From contig OX597838.1 in the NCBI GenBank assembly GCA_951406725.2, positions 4,030,001 through 4,094,000 on the forward strand: a stretch of 64,000 nt of DNA, read 5' to 3'. This DNA comes from Octopus vulgaris (taxonomy: Eukaryota). A program made the position numbers and the translations under genes. The notes beneath the pieces were generated by a model that had not been told where the DNA came from, did not search any database, and saw only the letters and a program-made list of their open reading frames with translations. Of the stretch, positions 40,804-52,792 are shown piece after piece; positions within the stretch are counted from its first letter, which is position 1, and the number at the start of each line of letters is the position of its first letter.

Positions 40804-41699
40804 CTGCAGGGAACAAAAAAAATACATAAATAAATAGGTGCAGGAGTGGCTGAGGGTAAAAAGCTTGCTTCCCAACCAAATGGTTCCGGGTTCAGTCCCA
40901 CTGCATGGCACCTTGGGCAAGTGTCTTCTGCTATAGCCTCGGGCCAACCAAAGCCTTGTGAATGGATTTAGCAGACGCAAACTGAAAGAAGCCCATCATA
41001 TATACACATATATACATACATATATACATATATATACATATATATATACACAAAACTCATACACACACATATATAATGTATATATATATATATAAATATA
41101 TATATTATAGGCACAGGAGTGGCTGAGGGTAAAAAGCTTGCTTCATAACCACATGGTTCCGGGGTCAGTCCCAGAGCATGACACCTTGTGCAAGTGTCTT
41201 CTACTATAGCCTCCAAAAGGATGAAGGGCAAAGTCGTCCTCGGCAGAGTTTGAACTCAGAACATAAAGACACACGAAAATAATAACAATAATGGTTTGGT
41301 TTCAATACAAAGCCAACCATTTTGAGGGCAGAGGGGGGGGTTCTAGTCGATACCATCGATCTCTGTACCTTACAGGTTCTTTGTTTTACCGACCCTGATA
41401 AGATTAAAGGTGACGCTGACCTTTGTAGGATTTGAACTCACGTCATGAAGCGCTGGAACGATTCCTTCAACTTATCGGCCAAGAACTGCCGGGAGACAAT
41501 TCAAGATTCTAATGCAAGGGAGACAACTGGAAACTAACCACAAAATCCCCGATTTCAGATCGCGTGACTTACAAAGCGTGTCCGAGATTTCATTGGAAAT
41601 ATTGTCGTTGGAAACAACGACACCCACCCCCAGACTTCATTCAGAGTCTCATGGGCTGAAAATGGTTCAAGATATTCCATTACTGTGGTCGAGCTGATT

Positions 41700-42030
41700 T
41701 CTACTGTGAAGAAGCTTGAGAGGCGGTTGGATGGAACCTACACTCGCCTCCTTATGAGAGCTCAAAATCTCTCGTGGAAGCGCCATCCAACCAAAATGCA
41801 AATGTATGGGAAACTACCACCTGTGTCATCTCTTGTGAAAGGTAGAAGAGTCCAGTTTGCTGGACATTGTTGTAGAGCTGAAAACGAGGTAATTTCTACT
41901 CTTCTCCTCTGGAAGCCATCTACTCGCAATACTAGAGGGCGCACACTTTCCTACCCTGATGTAATCTCCAGGGATACAGGCATCCAGCAACAGGACCTCC
42001 GTAATGCCATGATGGACCGTGAAGTCTGGC
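41700..42030 (+). mobile_element. RTE-clade LINE 3' fragment (near-identical copy 48955-49292 -)
   Basis: KKLERRLDGTYTRLLMRAQNLSW...RRVQFAGHCCR...LLLWKP...GRTLSYPDVISRDTG...AMMDREVW. Confidence 0.8.
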
Positions 42031-42738
42031 ATAGATATTCCATTATTGTGATCGGGCAGGCTCCAATGTTTCTCATAATTACCACTGAAGGAGAAATCAG
42101 GGCAATATAGATTGGTGGTGGTGGTGGTTGTGGTGGTGGTAGTGGTGGGAATAAACCTAATTATAATGTTTATATGTCTAACATTAATTATTGTTAATAA
42201 AATTGACATTTTCCCCATCCAATTAATTTCATCTTTAGAGATAAAACATTTTCCCTGTGTTGAGTTTCGCAATATTTTGGTGACTTATTCGCTTTATTCG
42301 TCAAATTACAAGAAAAGCAGCTGAGCATTCAACGTGGAGGCCATCATGCTGCACCGATGCACTGAAGCCACCTTTCTGCCAGTTCTTTGAACCCCATGAT
42401 GATAGCAGTTCTCGTCCTTTGAGGTGAAAAACTCCCTCACAGAATATTGGAAACAAACGACACTGCTTGTATGACAGTGACACTCATTTACAACTATCAC
42501 ACAATGCCAAGAGACTTATGCATGTATGTGATGGGCTTCTTTCAGTTTCCGTCTACCGAATCCGCTCACAAGGCTTTGGTCAGCTCAAGGCTAAAGTAGA
42601 AGACATTTGCCCAAGGTACCATGCAGTGGGATTGAACCCAGAACCATGTGATTGAGAAGCAAAGTTCTTACCACTCCCACAACACTTAGATTGACTTGAT
42701 GTCAGAACATCATCAGATGCTTAATTTCTTGCCATGGA

Positions 42739-42955
42739 AGGCGACAAGCTGGCAGAAACGTTAGCGAGCCGGGCAAAAGGCTTAGCAGTATTTCGTCTGT
42801 CTTTATTTACGTTCAGAGTTCAAATTCCACCGAGGTCGACTTTGCCTTTCGTTCTTTCGGGGTCGATAAATTAAGTACCAGTTGCGTACTAGGGTCGATC
42901 TAATCGACTGGTCCCCTCCCCAAAAATTTCGGGCCATGTGCCTAGAGTAGAAAAG
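42739..42955 (+). mobile_element. tRNA-derived SINE family with central gactttgcctttc.tcctttcggggtcgataaattaagtaccag domain (also ~14560-14760, 37060-37275, 39652-39870, 53590-53808, 58250-58470)
   Basis: Head aaggcg.c.agctggcagaa..gttagc and B-box gagttcaaattc, followed by a central domain resembling MetaSINE/MESC-type domains (recalled, not verified). Confidence 0.75.
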
Positions 42956-43243
42956 AATTTCTTGGCATGGACACCGGACTAACAAGGAACCAAGGTTGTT
43001 TCTTTTTTTAAACTAAGGGAAGTAACTCGCGTATTCACTATCAAACAATGAAAACATAAACCCTTCAACATTCAAACTGTTCTGTCAAATGTAATGTTTA
43101 AATATTCTCTCATTGCTTTGAGTGAATCGTGCGTTGTCTCATAGTTTTGAGATTTCGATGTTGTGATCGCTTATTTTTAGAACGACATTGTAGGGTAGGT
43201 GCGAGGTGCTGGATCTGGCCAGTTTGAACATAAAACAGGTTAA

Positions 43244-43464
43244 CCCTTTCGTTACAGTATATATTTTGAAATGCTCTGTGCTTCTTTCAATCAATTTTAT
43301 ATATAACAAAGAATTTAGTAAAATAACTTAGTTATCATTAAGCTGGTGTTAGGAACATAAATTATGACCAAGGTTTGGTGGAAGATTTTAGTTCAAAACT
43401 GATGAAAACAAGATATTTGTACTCAGAAACAGAGCCAGTTTCAGCCAGGTTGGTAACGAAGGGG
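43244..43464. mobile_element. piggyBac-like MITE with TTAA TSD, nested in another TTAA-type MITE
   Basis: TTAA-CCCTTTCGTTAC ... GTAACGAAGGGG-TTAA. A duplicated right end follows at 43475-43517. Confidence 0.7.
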
Positions 43465-43811
43465 TTAATTAGTGCAGCCAGAACCGGCTTCAGCCGGGTT
43501 GGTAACAAAAGGGTTAAATATCTGGGCCAGATATGGCTAGTTTAACCCTTTAGCATTCAGGTTATTCTGTCAACTGAAATGCTTATCTATTCACATTGTT
43601 TTGAATTAATCACGCATTATTTGGTAGCTTCGAGATTTTGAGTATGTGATTGTTTATTTTTACAATGACATTGTAGGGTAGGTGTGACAGGCCAGTTCTG
43701 GCCAATTTGAACATAAAACAGGCAGTATAATGAGGCCAGACATGGCTGGTTTAAATAGATTCGTCTCGTTATGGCTGTTAAGGGTGGAAATGAAACCTCG
43801 TGGTTACTCAC

Positions 43812-43914
43812 AGATAATCTTCTGCCTAGAAGTCCTTACGGAATATAAATCAATGTCAGCCCGTGGGTAACCTTCTTTGTCCACTAAAGATTCAGTCATA
43901 CCAACTCCACCTTG
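43812..43914 (-). CDS. PSMD9: PSMD9 coding exon 2
   Basis: [34 protein letters not shown] (Nas2/p27 N-domain motif LVDxEGYPRxDID), cag/GTGAGT boundaries. Confidence 0.95.
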
Positions 43915-45516
43915 CTGAAAGAAAAAAAGAAAAATTTCTCACGTTGGTGAATTCAATGCACAACACAAACCGGTGTTTCAAAATTACATCTGCTAAAGCG
44001 GCCTGATATGGCCACTTGAACTGAACTGCTAGAAATAGCAGTCAAGAACTCCTGCAAATGACATCTGACAACCAAGAAGACTGCACTGGACAACACTTGT
44101 CCAACCCATACAAACACGAGAGAACAAACATAAAATAATGACCAGATAGAGGTAAGTCTATGCGTGCATGCAGGCGTGGCTGTGTGGTTAAGAACTTTGC
44201 TTCACAACCAGGTACTTCTAGGTTCAATCTCACTGCATAGCACCTTGGGCAAGTGTCTTCTACTATAGCCTTGTGAGTGGATTTGGTAGACGGAAACTGA
44301 AAGAAGCCCATCGTATATATGTGTTTGTGTCCCCAACATTGCTTGACAACTGATGCTGGTGTGCTTATGTCCCTTTAACTTAGTGGTTCAGCAAAAGCGA
44401 CCGATAAAATAAGTACTAGGCTTACAAAGAATAAGTCCCAAGGTCGATTTGCTCGACTATAGGCGTTGCTCCAGCATGGCCACAGTCAAATGACTGAAAC
44501 AAGTAAAAGAGTATCCTTCAACAAAGATTATTTGATTAAACTATATTTTATTGGCATAAACTCTGCAATGTCACCATTCAAGTTCTTTTGGCGTATGCGA
44601 AAATAAGTTAGCATACCTACGCAAATGTGCCATTCGACTTTGTTTCCTCATACCTTACAGAAAAATTAGTATTCTTTAATTAAATTTTCTAAAATACCTT
44701 TCAGATGGTATAAATTACAATTATATCAGAATTGGCATTCCTTCGATATAACTCGACAAAATCAAAACATTCCACTTCGGGTGTTTCCGTGGGTTGTGGA
44801 GCATAGATATAACGAAATTATGCCAGCAATGCCTCATTTTGAACTTGGAGAAAAAAAAGCTTTGCATATTTGTTCTTACCTGCTTCATGTGTGTATGTAA
44901 AACCCGCAAATTTCCAAGCAGAAAACAGAATCGAACTGTCATTTGCTTCCACGGAAATACCCGAAGTGAAGTGGTTTGATTTTGTCGAGTCATATCGAAA
45001 GAATGCCTCAGAATTTAATGTGAAAACAAAATCGGTAAATGTGCTGTTATACTGTCTCACGTTACATATTTTTTTTCAAAATTTCAAGTTTCATTTTGCC
45101 AATGTGTGTATGTGGGGTGCGTGTCAGTTTGTGCGTGTACATGCTTACCCATTTTATTTTATTTAGCATTATATTCCAATATAACCGGAACCTACACCAT
45201 CTGAAGTGTATATATAGAAAACTTCACTACAAAATATCCATTTTCTGAAAGTTATGACGAAACGAAGTCAGAAGGGGTCACTTGTGTAGTCATGCCAATG
45301 AGTTTAAACCCTAGTCATGAAAAAAAGGGGGCGAAATCTGGAATTTGTCACTAAAATGTATTCGTTTGTTTTCTTCGATGATCGTTTAAAATTAAATACA
45401 CAACTTCCAACATTTACCCAATATTATCGCAATATTTCATAGAATTAGATCAATAAACTGGTGTCTTATGTTTCCAGTGTTCATATTAAATGATAAAACG
45501 TGGTCCCTCTACAAAC

Positions 45517-45588
45517 CTGTTCCAGTATTTCGCCATATTCGCTGATTTCGTCTTCGATTTCTTTCTTTTTCTTCATAAGTTCCTCCAT
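45517..45588 (-). CDS. PSMD9: PSMD9 (26S proteasome assembly chaperone p27/Nas2) coding exon 1
   Basis: MEELMKKKKEIEDEISEYGEILEQ, donor CAG/GTTTGT. Exon sum 72+103+191+102+89+22 = 579 nt gives 192 aa plus stop. Confidence 0.9.
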
Positions 45589-46161
45589 GTTCGTTGTCGT
45601 TGTTAGCTCTGCTTCAACAACAGCCGCAATTCGTATAACTTCAACAACAGCCGCAATTTGTATAACTTCAACGTAGTTGTTCGAAATACTAGAAATAGCA
45701 GTTAAATTCCCTCAGATCATACGCTAATTCCACAGACATTAGCTGAAGCAGAACAGAATACAATCTGGCTATAATTAAAAAAAAAAAAAAAAGGGGAGGC
45801 GAGACGATCACGGCTCAAGAACGCCTTTGGTCAAAAGTCTCTTCGATTAAGACTGATTTGTGACTAAAGAAAAACTCAATATTTACGAAACAACGCGGTT
45901 GCATGACCTACTAGAAATAGCAGTCAAATCCCAACTCTTTCTCAAATTACAATTTACCGTCACAAAGAATGACAAATTAAATGAGGCAGAAAGGCGGCGA
46001 GCTGGCTGAAGCCGGACAAAATGCTTAGTTGCATTTGTTCCGGCTTTATTTTCTGAGCTTAAATTCCACCGAGGTTGATGTTTGCCTTTCACCCTTCGAG
46101 GTTGACAAAATAAGTCCCAGTTTGAACACTGGAGCCGATGGAATCGAATGACCAAGTGTCG

Positions 46162-46383
46162 GTACTGCTTAAAAAGAGTGGAACCGGTGCGCGCACTCGC
46201 GTATCCGCGCTAGCTAGTCGTGACTAGTCGATTCTACAACGACTACCTAGCAAAGTAAATAAAACACAAAATAAATAATTTTTTTACGCAAAGTAAATAA
46301 AACACAAAAACAAAGTAAGGATCGACTAATCACGACTAGCTAGTGCGAGTGCGCGCACCGGGTCCACTCTTCTTAAGTAGTAC
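46162..46383. mobile_element. CpG-rich MITE with ~65-70-bp TIRs between the PSMD9 and SSR3 start codons
   Basis: gtactgcttaaaaagagtggaaccggtgcgcgcactcgc...ctagctagtcgtgactagtcgat is inverted to atcgactaatcacgactagctagtgcgagtgcgcgcaccgggtccactcttcttaagtagtac. Internal direct repeat gcaaagtaaataaaacacaaaa x2. Confidence 0.8.
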
Positions 46384-46634
46384 TAAAATGGTCTTGCTCA
46401 AGGACGCAACGCGCCGCCGGGAATTGAACTCACGACCTTACGATTATGAGCCGAATACCCCTAACCACTAAGCCACGCACCTTCACCGTCCTCTGAATAA
46501 CAAGTTATCTGCCCTTAGAACCCGCCATCGCCAAGTGGTGTCACTGCTGTGCTCCCACTCTACTCACACACCCCCTTTTCTGCTCTTTCTCTCTCTCTCC
46601 GATCTCTTCCGTCAATCGGGTTCCATCACCAATC

Positions 46635-46782
46635 ATGGTCAGCAGTCGCGGCTCCGGACACAAACAGAACAAACTGACACGGGAGGAGGAACTCCTCCTG
46701 CAAGATTTCAGCCGAGATGTCTCCACGAAGTCATCCGCTCTGTTCTACGGAAATGCCATGATTATCTCGACCATCCCAATCT
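46635..46782 (+). CDS. SSR3: SSR3 (translocon-associated protein gamma) exon 1
   Basis: [49 protein letters not shown], donor T/GTAAGT. Confidence 0.95.
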
Positions 46783-48693
46783 GTAAGTCTCCACATTTTG
46801 CCACAACAACTTCGAAGTGTGCCACGTCAGCCTTTGCCATTTGGCGAAGCTGTTTTGGAAAAGCCTCGCTAAAATATCTCCCCGTTTCATAGGTCCTGGG
46901 CCGCGGAGGGGTTCGGTTCTTAATTAAAGCATCTTCAGCTAATTTTCACATTTAATATTATCGCCAAAGTTATTTATTTTACTCACCAGCTGGGCCGGGA
47001 GTTGTGAATGTCGAGTTTGTATTTGTTATTATCGTTGATTTACATGAGACGGGAATTGAAGAATTGCCGGATCTATATAGACACACACGTATATAAAATA
47101 TATACATAATATATATAGAGAGAGAGACGTATACGCACACGAGTATATAAACATAAGAAAGTATAAATATATACACACCCACACTATATAAATGAGAAAG
47201 TGTGTATGTGTATATATATATATATAGAGAGAGAGAGAGATTTATATAGATACAGTATATAACCATGAAGTATATATATATACACATCCACACTATATAA
47301 CTATGAGAAAGTGTATATACACTCACAGACATGTCTCTACATGTATACACACGTAGATGCATACATACACAATATATATATATACATATAAACATGAGAA
47401 AGTATAATCGTTCTTGGTAGATTCGCTTCCGTCGCTACATTCTCCCTCTACGTCTGGTCGTTCAAACAACGAAAAGGATACACTTTTTATCTTTTTTCGT
47501 CTGAATAATCACATTTAGAGACAAACTCCAGAGATAAAAGAACTGGAAACGAATTGATTACCAGTTCCTTCCGATTGTACACAAACATTGAACGAACAAG
47601 AATCTTCATGATTTTCTCTAAACCCAGCTGTTCTGATCCAGCATACCTTTAATCAAACATGTTTACAGACGTTTCCATCTGGTCTTTTCCTCTCTATCTC
47701 TCTTACACCCTACACCTGATTCGTCTTATATCCAGTTTTTAATTCCAGCTCATCTCACTTCCGTTATTGTTGTTATACGTTAACATCACAAAATCCAATG
47801 GAACGAGCTCTCTTCATATTTTTCCTCCAGTTTTTACACACCCTCCTTATTTCAATGCCCATGTTTTGCTCCAGGTGCAGACGTGGCTTATAAAGGTTGT
47901 CGCCCAACCATGTGATCTTGAGTTTTGTCCCACTACGTGGAACTTTGGACAAGTGTCTTCTACTATAGCTGCAAGGTCTACCATAACCTTATTTATGAGT
48001 GGATTTAGTAGACAGAAACTGAAAGAAGCCCATCGTATGTTATATATATATGCGTGTGTATTTATCCCTCGTCCCCGTTTGTCTAGATTAAACGATTACG
48101 AAGCTTAAAAATAAATGCAGCGGCTGATTTGCTCTACAAAACCTTTCAGAGCAGTGCCCCAGCATGGCCGCAACTTAATGTCTGAGACAAATAAAGGATT
48201 AAAAAATTATACAACCTGCCCTTGACTGTGAAATCTGTTTTGTTGCCAGGAATAACTCCCTGAACTTTCCCCCATTTTGTTCTTTGACTGCTATGTTTTT
48301 AACCCTTTTGATACCGACCCACCCATGCCCACCCCTGGTTCTATGTTTTGCCTTTCATCCTTTCGGGGTTGATAAATTAAGTTCCAGTTATGCACTGGGG
48401 CCGATATAATCGACTTGTTTAGCCCCTTGTGGGCAGTAAAGAAATAGGTACACGTGTCTGTGGAGTGCTCATCCACTTGCACGTTAACTTCCCCAGCAGG
48501 TTGTTTCATTGACCAGATCAATCGGAACCCCCATCGCTGTAACCAAGAGTACCTCCTTTACTAAATGCTTTGAGAAACGGCTGATTGATTTTTTTTAAGA
48601 TTCTTTGTGATTCAAATAAAAAAAAGAAAAGAACTCCATTAGCTTTTATTTTTCCCTTTTCGCAACTTGACCTTTTGTTTCTGTGTCTCATAG

Positions 48694-48820
48694 GGTTGTT
48701 CTGGAGAATTCACCAAATGGATGTCTTGGAATCTGCTCTCCTCTTCATCGTCGGAACTTTGCTGAGTACCTACCTAATGGCATATGCCTACAAAAATGTC
48801 AAATTTGTACTTAAGCACAA
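48694..48820 (+). CDS. SSR3: SSR3 exon 2
   Basis: [42 protein letters not shown], tag/GTAAGT boundaries. Confidence 0.95.
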
Positions 48821-50183
48821 GTAAGTATTCAGCTTTAAATGGAACGTTTTTTTCCTTCTTTTTTCTCTTCTTCATCCAGAAAGTAATAACATTACTGGTT
48901 TCTAACATTGCTAAAGAATTTAGCCAGGGTGGGCACCATCATCATCATCATTGTTCGACTGTGGTCGAGACAATGGAATTTACCATGCTACGCCAGACTT
49001 CACGGTCCTGTTGCTGGATGCCTGTATCCCTGGAGATTACATCAGGCTAGGAGAGTGTGCGCCCTCTGGTATTGCGAGTAGATGGCTTCCAGAGGAGAAG
49101 AGTAGAAATTACCTCTTTTTCAGCTCTACAACAATGTCCAGCAAACTGGACTCTCTTACCTTTCACAAGAGATGACACAGGTGGTAGTTTCCCATACATT
49201 TGCATTTTGGTTGGATGGCACTTCCATGAGAGATTTTGAGCTCTCATAAGGAGGCGAGTGTAGGTTCCATCCAACCGCCTCTCAAGCTTCTTTGATAACT
49301 TGATAACTTTGACAGCCAGTACTTGGCCAGGGTGGTCATGGCTGAAAGACTTGCTTGATCAAAGATGGCCTGGGGCTAAACACAATATACATGCAATATC
49401 ACCATTACTGTGTTGTGTTCTTGAGCAAATCACTTTATTTCATGTTGCTCCGCTTCGCTCAGCTGTAGAAATGAGTTGCGATGTGACTGGTGCCAAGCTG
49501 TATCGGCCCCTTTGCTTTTCCTTTGGATATCATCAGTGGTGTGGAGAGATGGGGCTGGTATGCATGGGTGACCACTGGTCTTCCATAAACAATCCTGCCC
49601 GGACTTGTGCCTAAGAGGGGAACTTTCTAGGTGCAGCCCCTGGTCTTCCATGACTGAAGGGGGTCTTTATATATATATATATAAGCTGCGGGTCGACCAA
49701 AACCTTATTTTATGAGTGTGTGAAAGCGTATGGCTCAGTGGTTAGAGCGTCGAGCTTACGATCGTGAGGTTGTGAGTTCAATTCCCAGACCAGGCTGCGT
49801 GTTGTGTTCTTGAGCAAGACACTTTATTTCACATTGTTCCAGTTCATTCAGCTGTAGAAACGAGTTGCGACATCACTGATGCCAAGCTGTATTGGCCCCT
49901 TTGCCTATCCCTTGGATAACATCAGAGGTGTGGAGAGGGAGGGGCTGGCATGCATGGGTGACTGCTGGTCTTTCATAAAACAACCAGTCTTGTGCCTGGG
50001 AGGGTAACTTTCTAGGTTCAATCCCATGGTCATTCATGACCAAAGGGGGTCTCCTCATAATTTTGTGTATATACAATATTATGTGATCTTGTTCTTATAG
50101 AACTCTGTGCAGTCTTCTTTGTTTACCCTTCAGTAGTCCTTGTTTTGTTATTTATACAACATTGTCTTGTCTTTGCCCTTTAG

Positions 50184-50276
50184 AGTTGCCCAGAAGAGGG
50201 AGTCTGCTGTCAATAATGAAATGATGAAGAAGTTGGGTGAAGACAAGAAGATGAGCAAGAAGGAAAAAGATGAGAG
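50184..50276 (+). CDS. SSR3: SSR3 exon 3
   Basis: K-VAQKRESAVNNEMMKKLGEDKKMSKKEKDE-R, tag/GTAAGT boundaries. Confidence 0.95.
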
Positions 50277-50639
50277 GTAAGTTTTTATTTATTTATTCAT
50301 TCCAGTGGAAGTGGGGTGTTTTTAAGTACCAGGGTAGAATTACAAGCATACCCAGAATTCATGGTACGGGTAGTATTTGTACCGGGAAAAAAAGAACAAT
50401 AAATCTTTAGCCCTTTAGTATTCAAACCAAGCCGTATCCAACCAAAACATTCAATCTGGCTCCCGGGCTGGTGGCACGTAAAAAGTACTCTCTACACTCT
50501 CAGAGGTCATCCCGCTGAAGAAACCTTGCCAGATCAGAGAGGAGCTGGGTGCAGCCTCCTGGATTGCTGGTCCTCGGTCAAACCGTCCAACCCATGCCAG
50601 CATGGAAAGCAGACGTGTGCCTTGGGTGTGTTGTGATGC

Positions 50640-51180
50640 TCCTTATTGTTACTGTATTGAAAGGGTTTTATGTAGGATGTGTGCAGTGCCCAGGAGTGCT
50701 ATTTTCTGTATGTTATATCTCTCTTATTCTTTTACCTGTTTTAGTCATTTGACTGTGGCCATGCTGGAGCATCGCCTTTTAGTTGAGCAAATCGACCCCA
50801 GGACTTATTCTTTGTAAGCCTAGTACTTATTCTATCGGTCTCTTTTGCCGAACCACTAAGTTACAGGGACGTAATCACACCAGCATCGGTTGCAGGGACA
50901 AACAGACACACAAACATGTACTCACACATAGATATATATACGACGGGCTTCTGTCAGTTTTCGTCTACCAAATTCTCCACAATCAAGTTAGCTTTATTTC
51001 CAGGTCTTTGCATTTTGAAAGTTTTTTCCATTTCTTTTAGAGAAACGTTATTATCTGTTGGTATTGATACATCGATTAGAAAGCATTTGTTTTTTCTTGA
51101 TGATGTCTGACAACTATATCCGGCCTGTTGGCCTTAATTTCTCTATCTGTGTGTATTGGCATATCCCATAGTATGGTTAC
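50640..51180 (-). mobile_element. R4/Dong-like RLE relic in SSR3 intron 3, split by a SINE
   Basis: Minus strand [23 protein letters not shown]...CFLIDVSIPTDNNVSLKEME (about 51000-51178) and IQKIALLGTAHIL (about 50660-50715). Same family as 23693. Confidence 0.75.
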
Positions 51181-51208
51181 TCTCTCATTATTCTTATTAT
51201 CCTTTCAG

Positions 51209-51340
51209 AATATTATGGAAAAAGAACGAAGTGGCCGACTATGAAGCGACCACTTTCTCCATCTTCTACAACAACGCCCTCTACCTGGCACTCCTCATTG
51301 TTATCTCATTCCTTATAATGAAAAGTCTCAACTCCACTTT
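51209..51340 (+). CDS. SSR3: SSR3 exon 4
   Basis: [44 protein letters not shown], followed by the U12 donor GTATCCTTT. Confidence 0.95.
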
Positions 51341-52316
51341 GTATCCTTTTACCCAAATCTATTTTATTTCAGTATTATTGTTGTTGTTGTTTAGCCTTCC
51401 AGTCATCCCCCTCCCCCAAAACATCTTCCCCTTGGAATTTCTTCTCTCCTTGTCATTTTCCTGCAACCATCACCCTCCAAAAGTTTTTGATCTTTGTTCA
51501 CCTTGTGACACTTAACCACCATCATGATGTCTGTTCTCCATGGGTGGGGCTGTTTGACCAGAGGTGGCAAGCTGGAGAGCTGCGCCAGGTTCCAGTCTGA
51601 TATGGCATGGTTTCTATGGTTGGGTGACCTTCCTAATGCCATATATATGTATATATATATATATATATCACCGTGACCGACCAGGCTATCAGATGTTGCT
51701 TCACAACGCTGGTCACAATGTGCTTCGCTTTGTTTTAGCCTTCAAATGATGCCACCCAGCTGGCTAAGCGAGCAGGCCAACAGAAGAAAGAGTGAGAAAG
51801 TTGTGGCGAAAGAGTACAGCAGGGATCACCACCATCCCCTGCCGGAGCCTCGTGGAGCTTTAAATGTTTTCGCTCAATAAACACTCACAATGCCTGATCT
51901 GGGAATTGAAACCATGACTTTGCTGCCCTAACCACTGGGCCATTGCGATTAAGAAACACACATTGTACTAAACATACGATTCCTAATATACTTTGGATCT
52001 ACACAAGGAGCAGCTTCTGAGAGAAGTGAATAATAAAGGAATAAATCAGAGATGGATTATGTGTCGATTCACTACAGCTGTTTCCAATGAATTTTTTATT
52101 AATTGATTACTGGAGATATTACGTCATTAGAAAAACCCGTTTTCATCAGGTGGATACATGAACGACAGCATTCAAGAACCAATAAGATGTGCATCTTCAT
52201 GGTTCTGGGTTCAGTCCCACTGTGTGGTACCGGGCTGACCAAAGCATTTCGTTTTTCTGAGTTCAAATTCCACCAAGGCTCATTGTGTCACAGAAACTGA
52301 AAGAAGCAAGCCTGTC

Positions 52317-52351
<35 letters not shown>

Positions 52352-52725
52352 TGTGTATCTCTATATCTGTTTGTTTCCGAACCACTGCTTGACAACCAGT
52401 GTTGGCGTGTTTGCATCCCCGTAACTTAGCAATTCAGCAAAAGGAACCAATAAAATAAGTACTAGGCTTACAAAGAATAAATCCTGGAGTTGACTAAAAC
52501 CCTTGAAGGCAGTGCTCCAGCATGGCTGCAGTCAAAATGACAAACCAGTAAAATTTTCACAGTGAAGGTCTTTTTGCATATACAAAAGTGTTTAATATAA
52601 TCGTTATCCCCCTATGAGTTGAATGTGATGATGCCCCAGCATGGCCACTGCCCAATGGCTGAAATCAAGCCAAGAATTTAAAAAGAAATCCGTTTCCAAT
52701 GCTGTCTTCCTTAACCATTTCTCAG
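51341..52725 (+). other. SSR3: U12-type (minor spliceosome) GT-AG intron, SSR3 intron 4
   Basis: 5' splice site GTATCCTTT, branch point TTCCTTAAC at 52707-52715, and CAG 3' splice site 10 nt downstream with no long pyrimidine tract. Confidence 0.93.
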
Positions 52726-52792
52726 CAATTATCTCTTTTCAGTGATTGCTTCAGCAGGACTTTTGGCTCTCTCATCCACCAGTACCAAATAA
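52726..52792 (+). CDS. SSR3: SSR3 exon 5
   Basis: F-NYLFSVIASAGLLALSSTSTK*. Total CDS 567 nt (188 aa). AATAAA at about 52827 and 52842. Confidence 0.93.

Noticed and set aside
45589-45688. In-frame upstream extension of PSMD9 containing a 27-bp tandem duplication
   Set aside because: No upstream ATG in this segment and no similarity to p27. Treated as 5' UTR.
52625-52661. GTGATGA...CTGA resembling a C/D box snoRNA in the SSR3 U12 intron
   Set aside because: Only about 37 nt long, and the sequence is a SINE tail fragment (ccccagcatggcc..).
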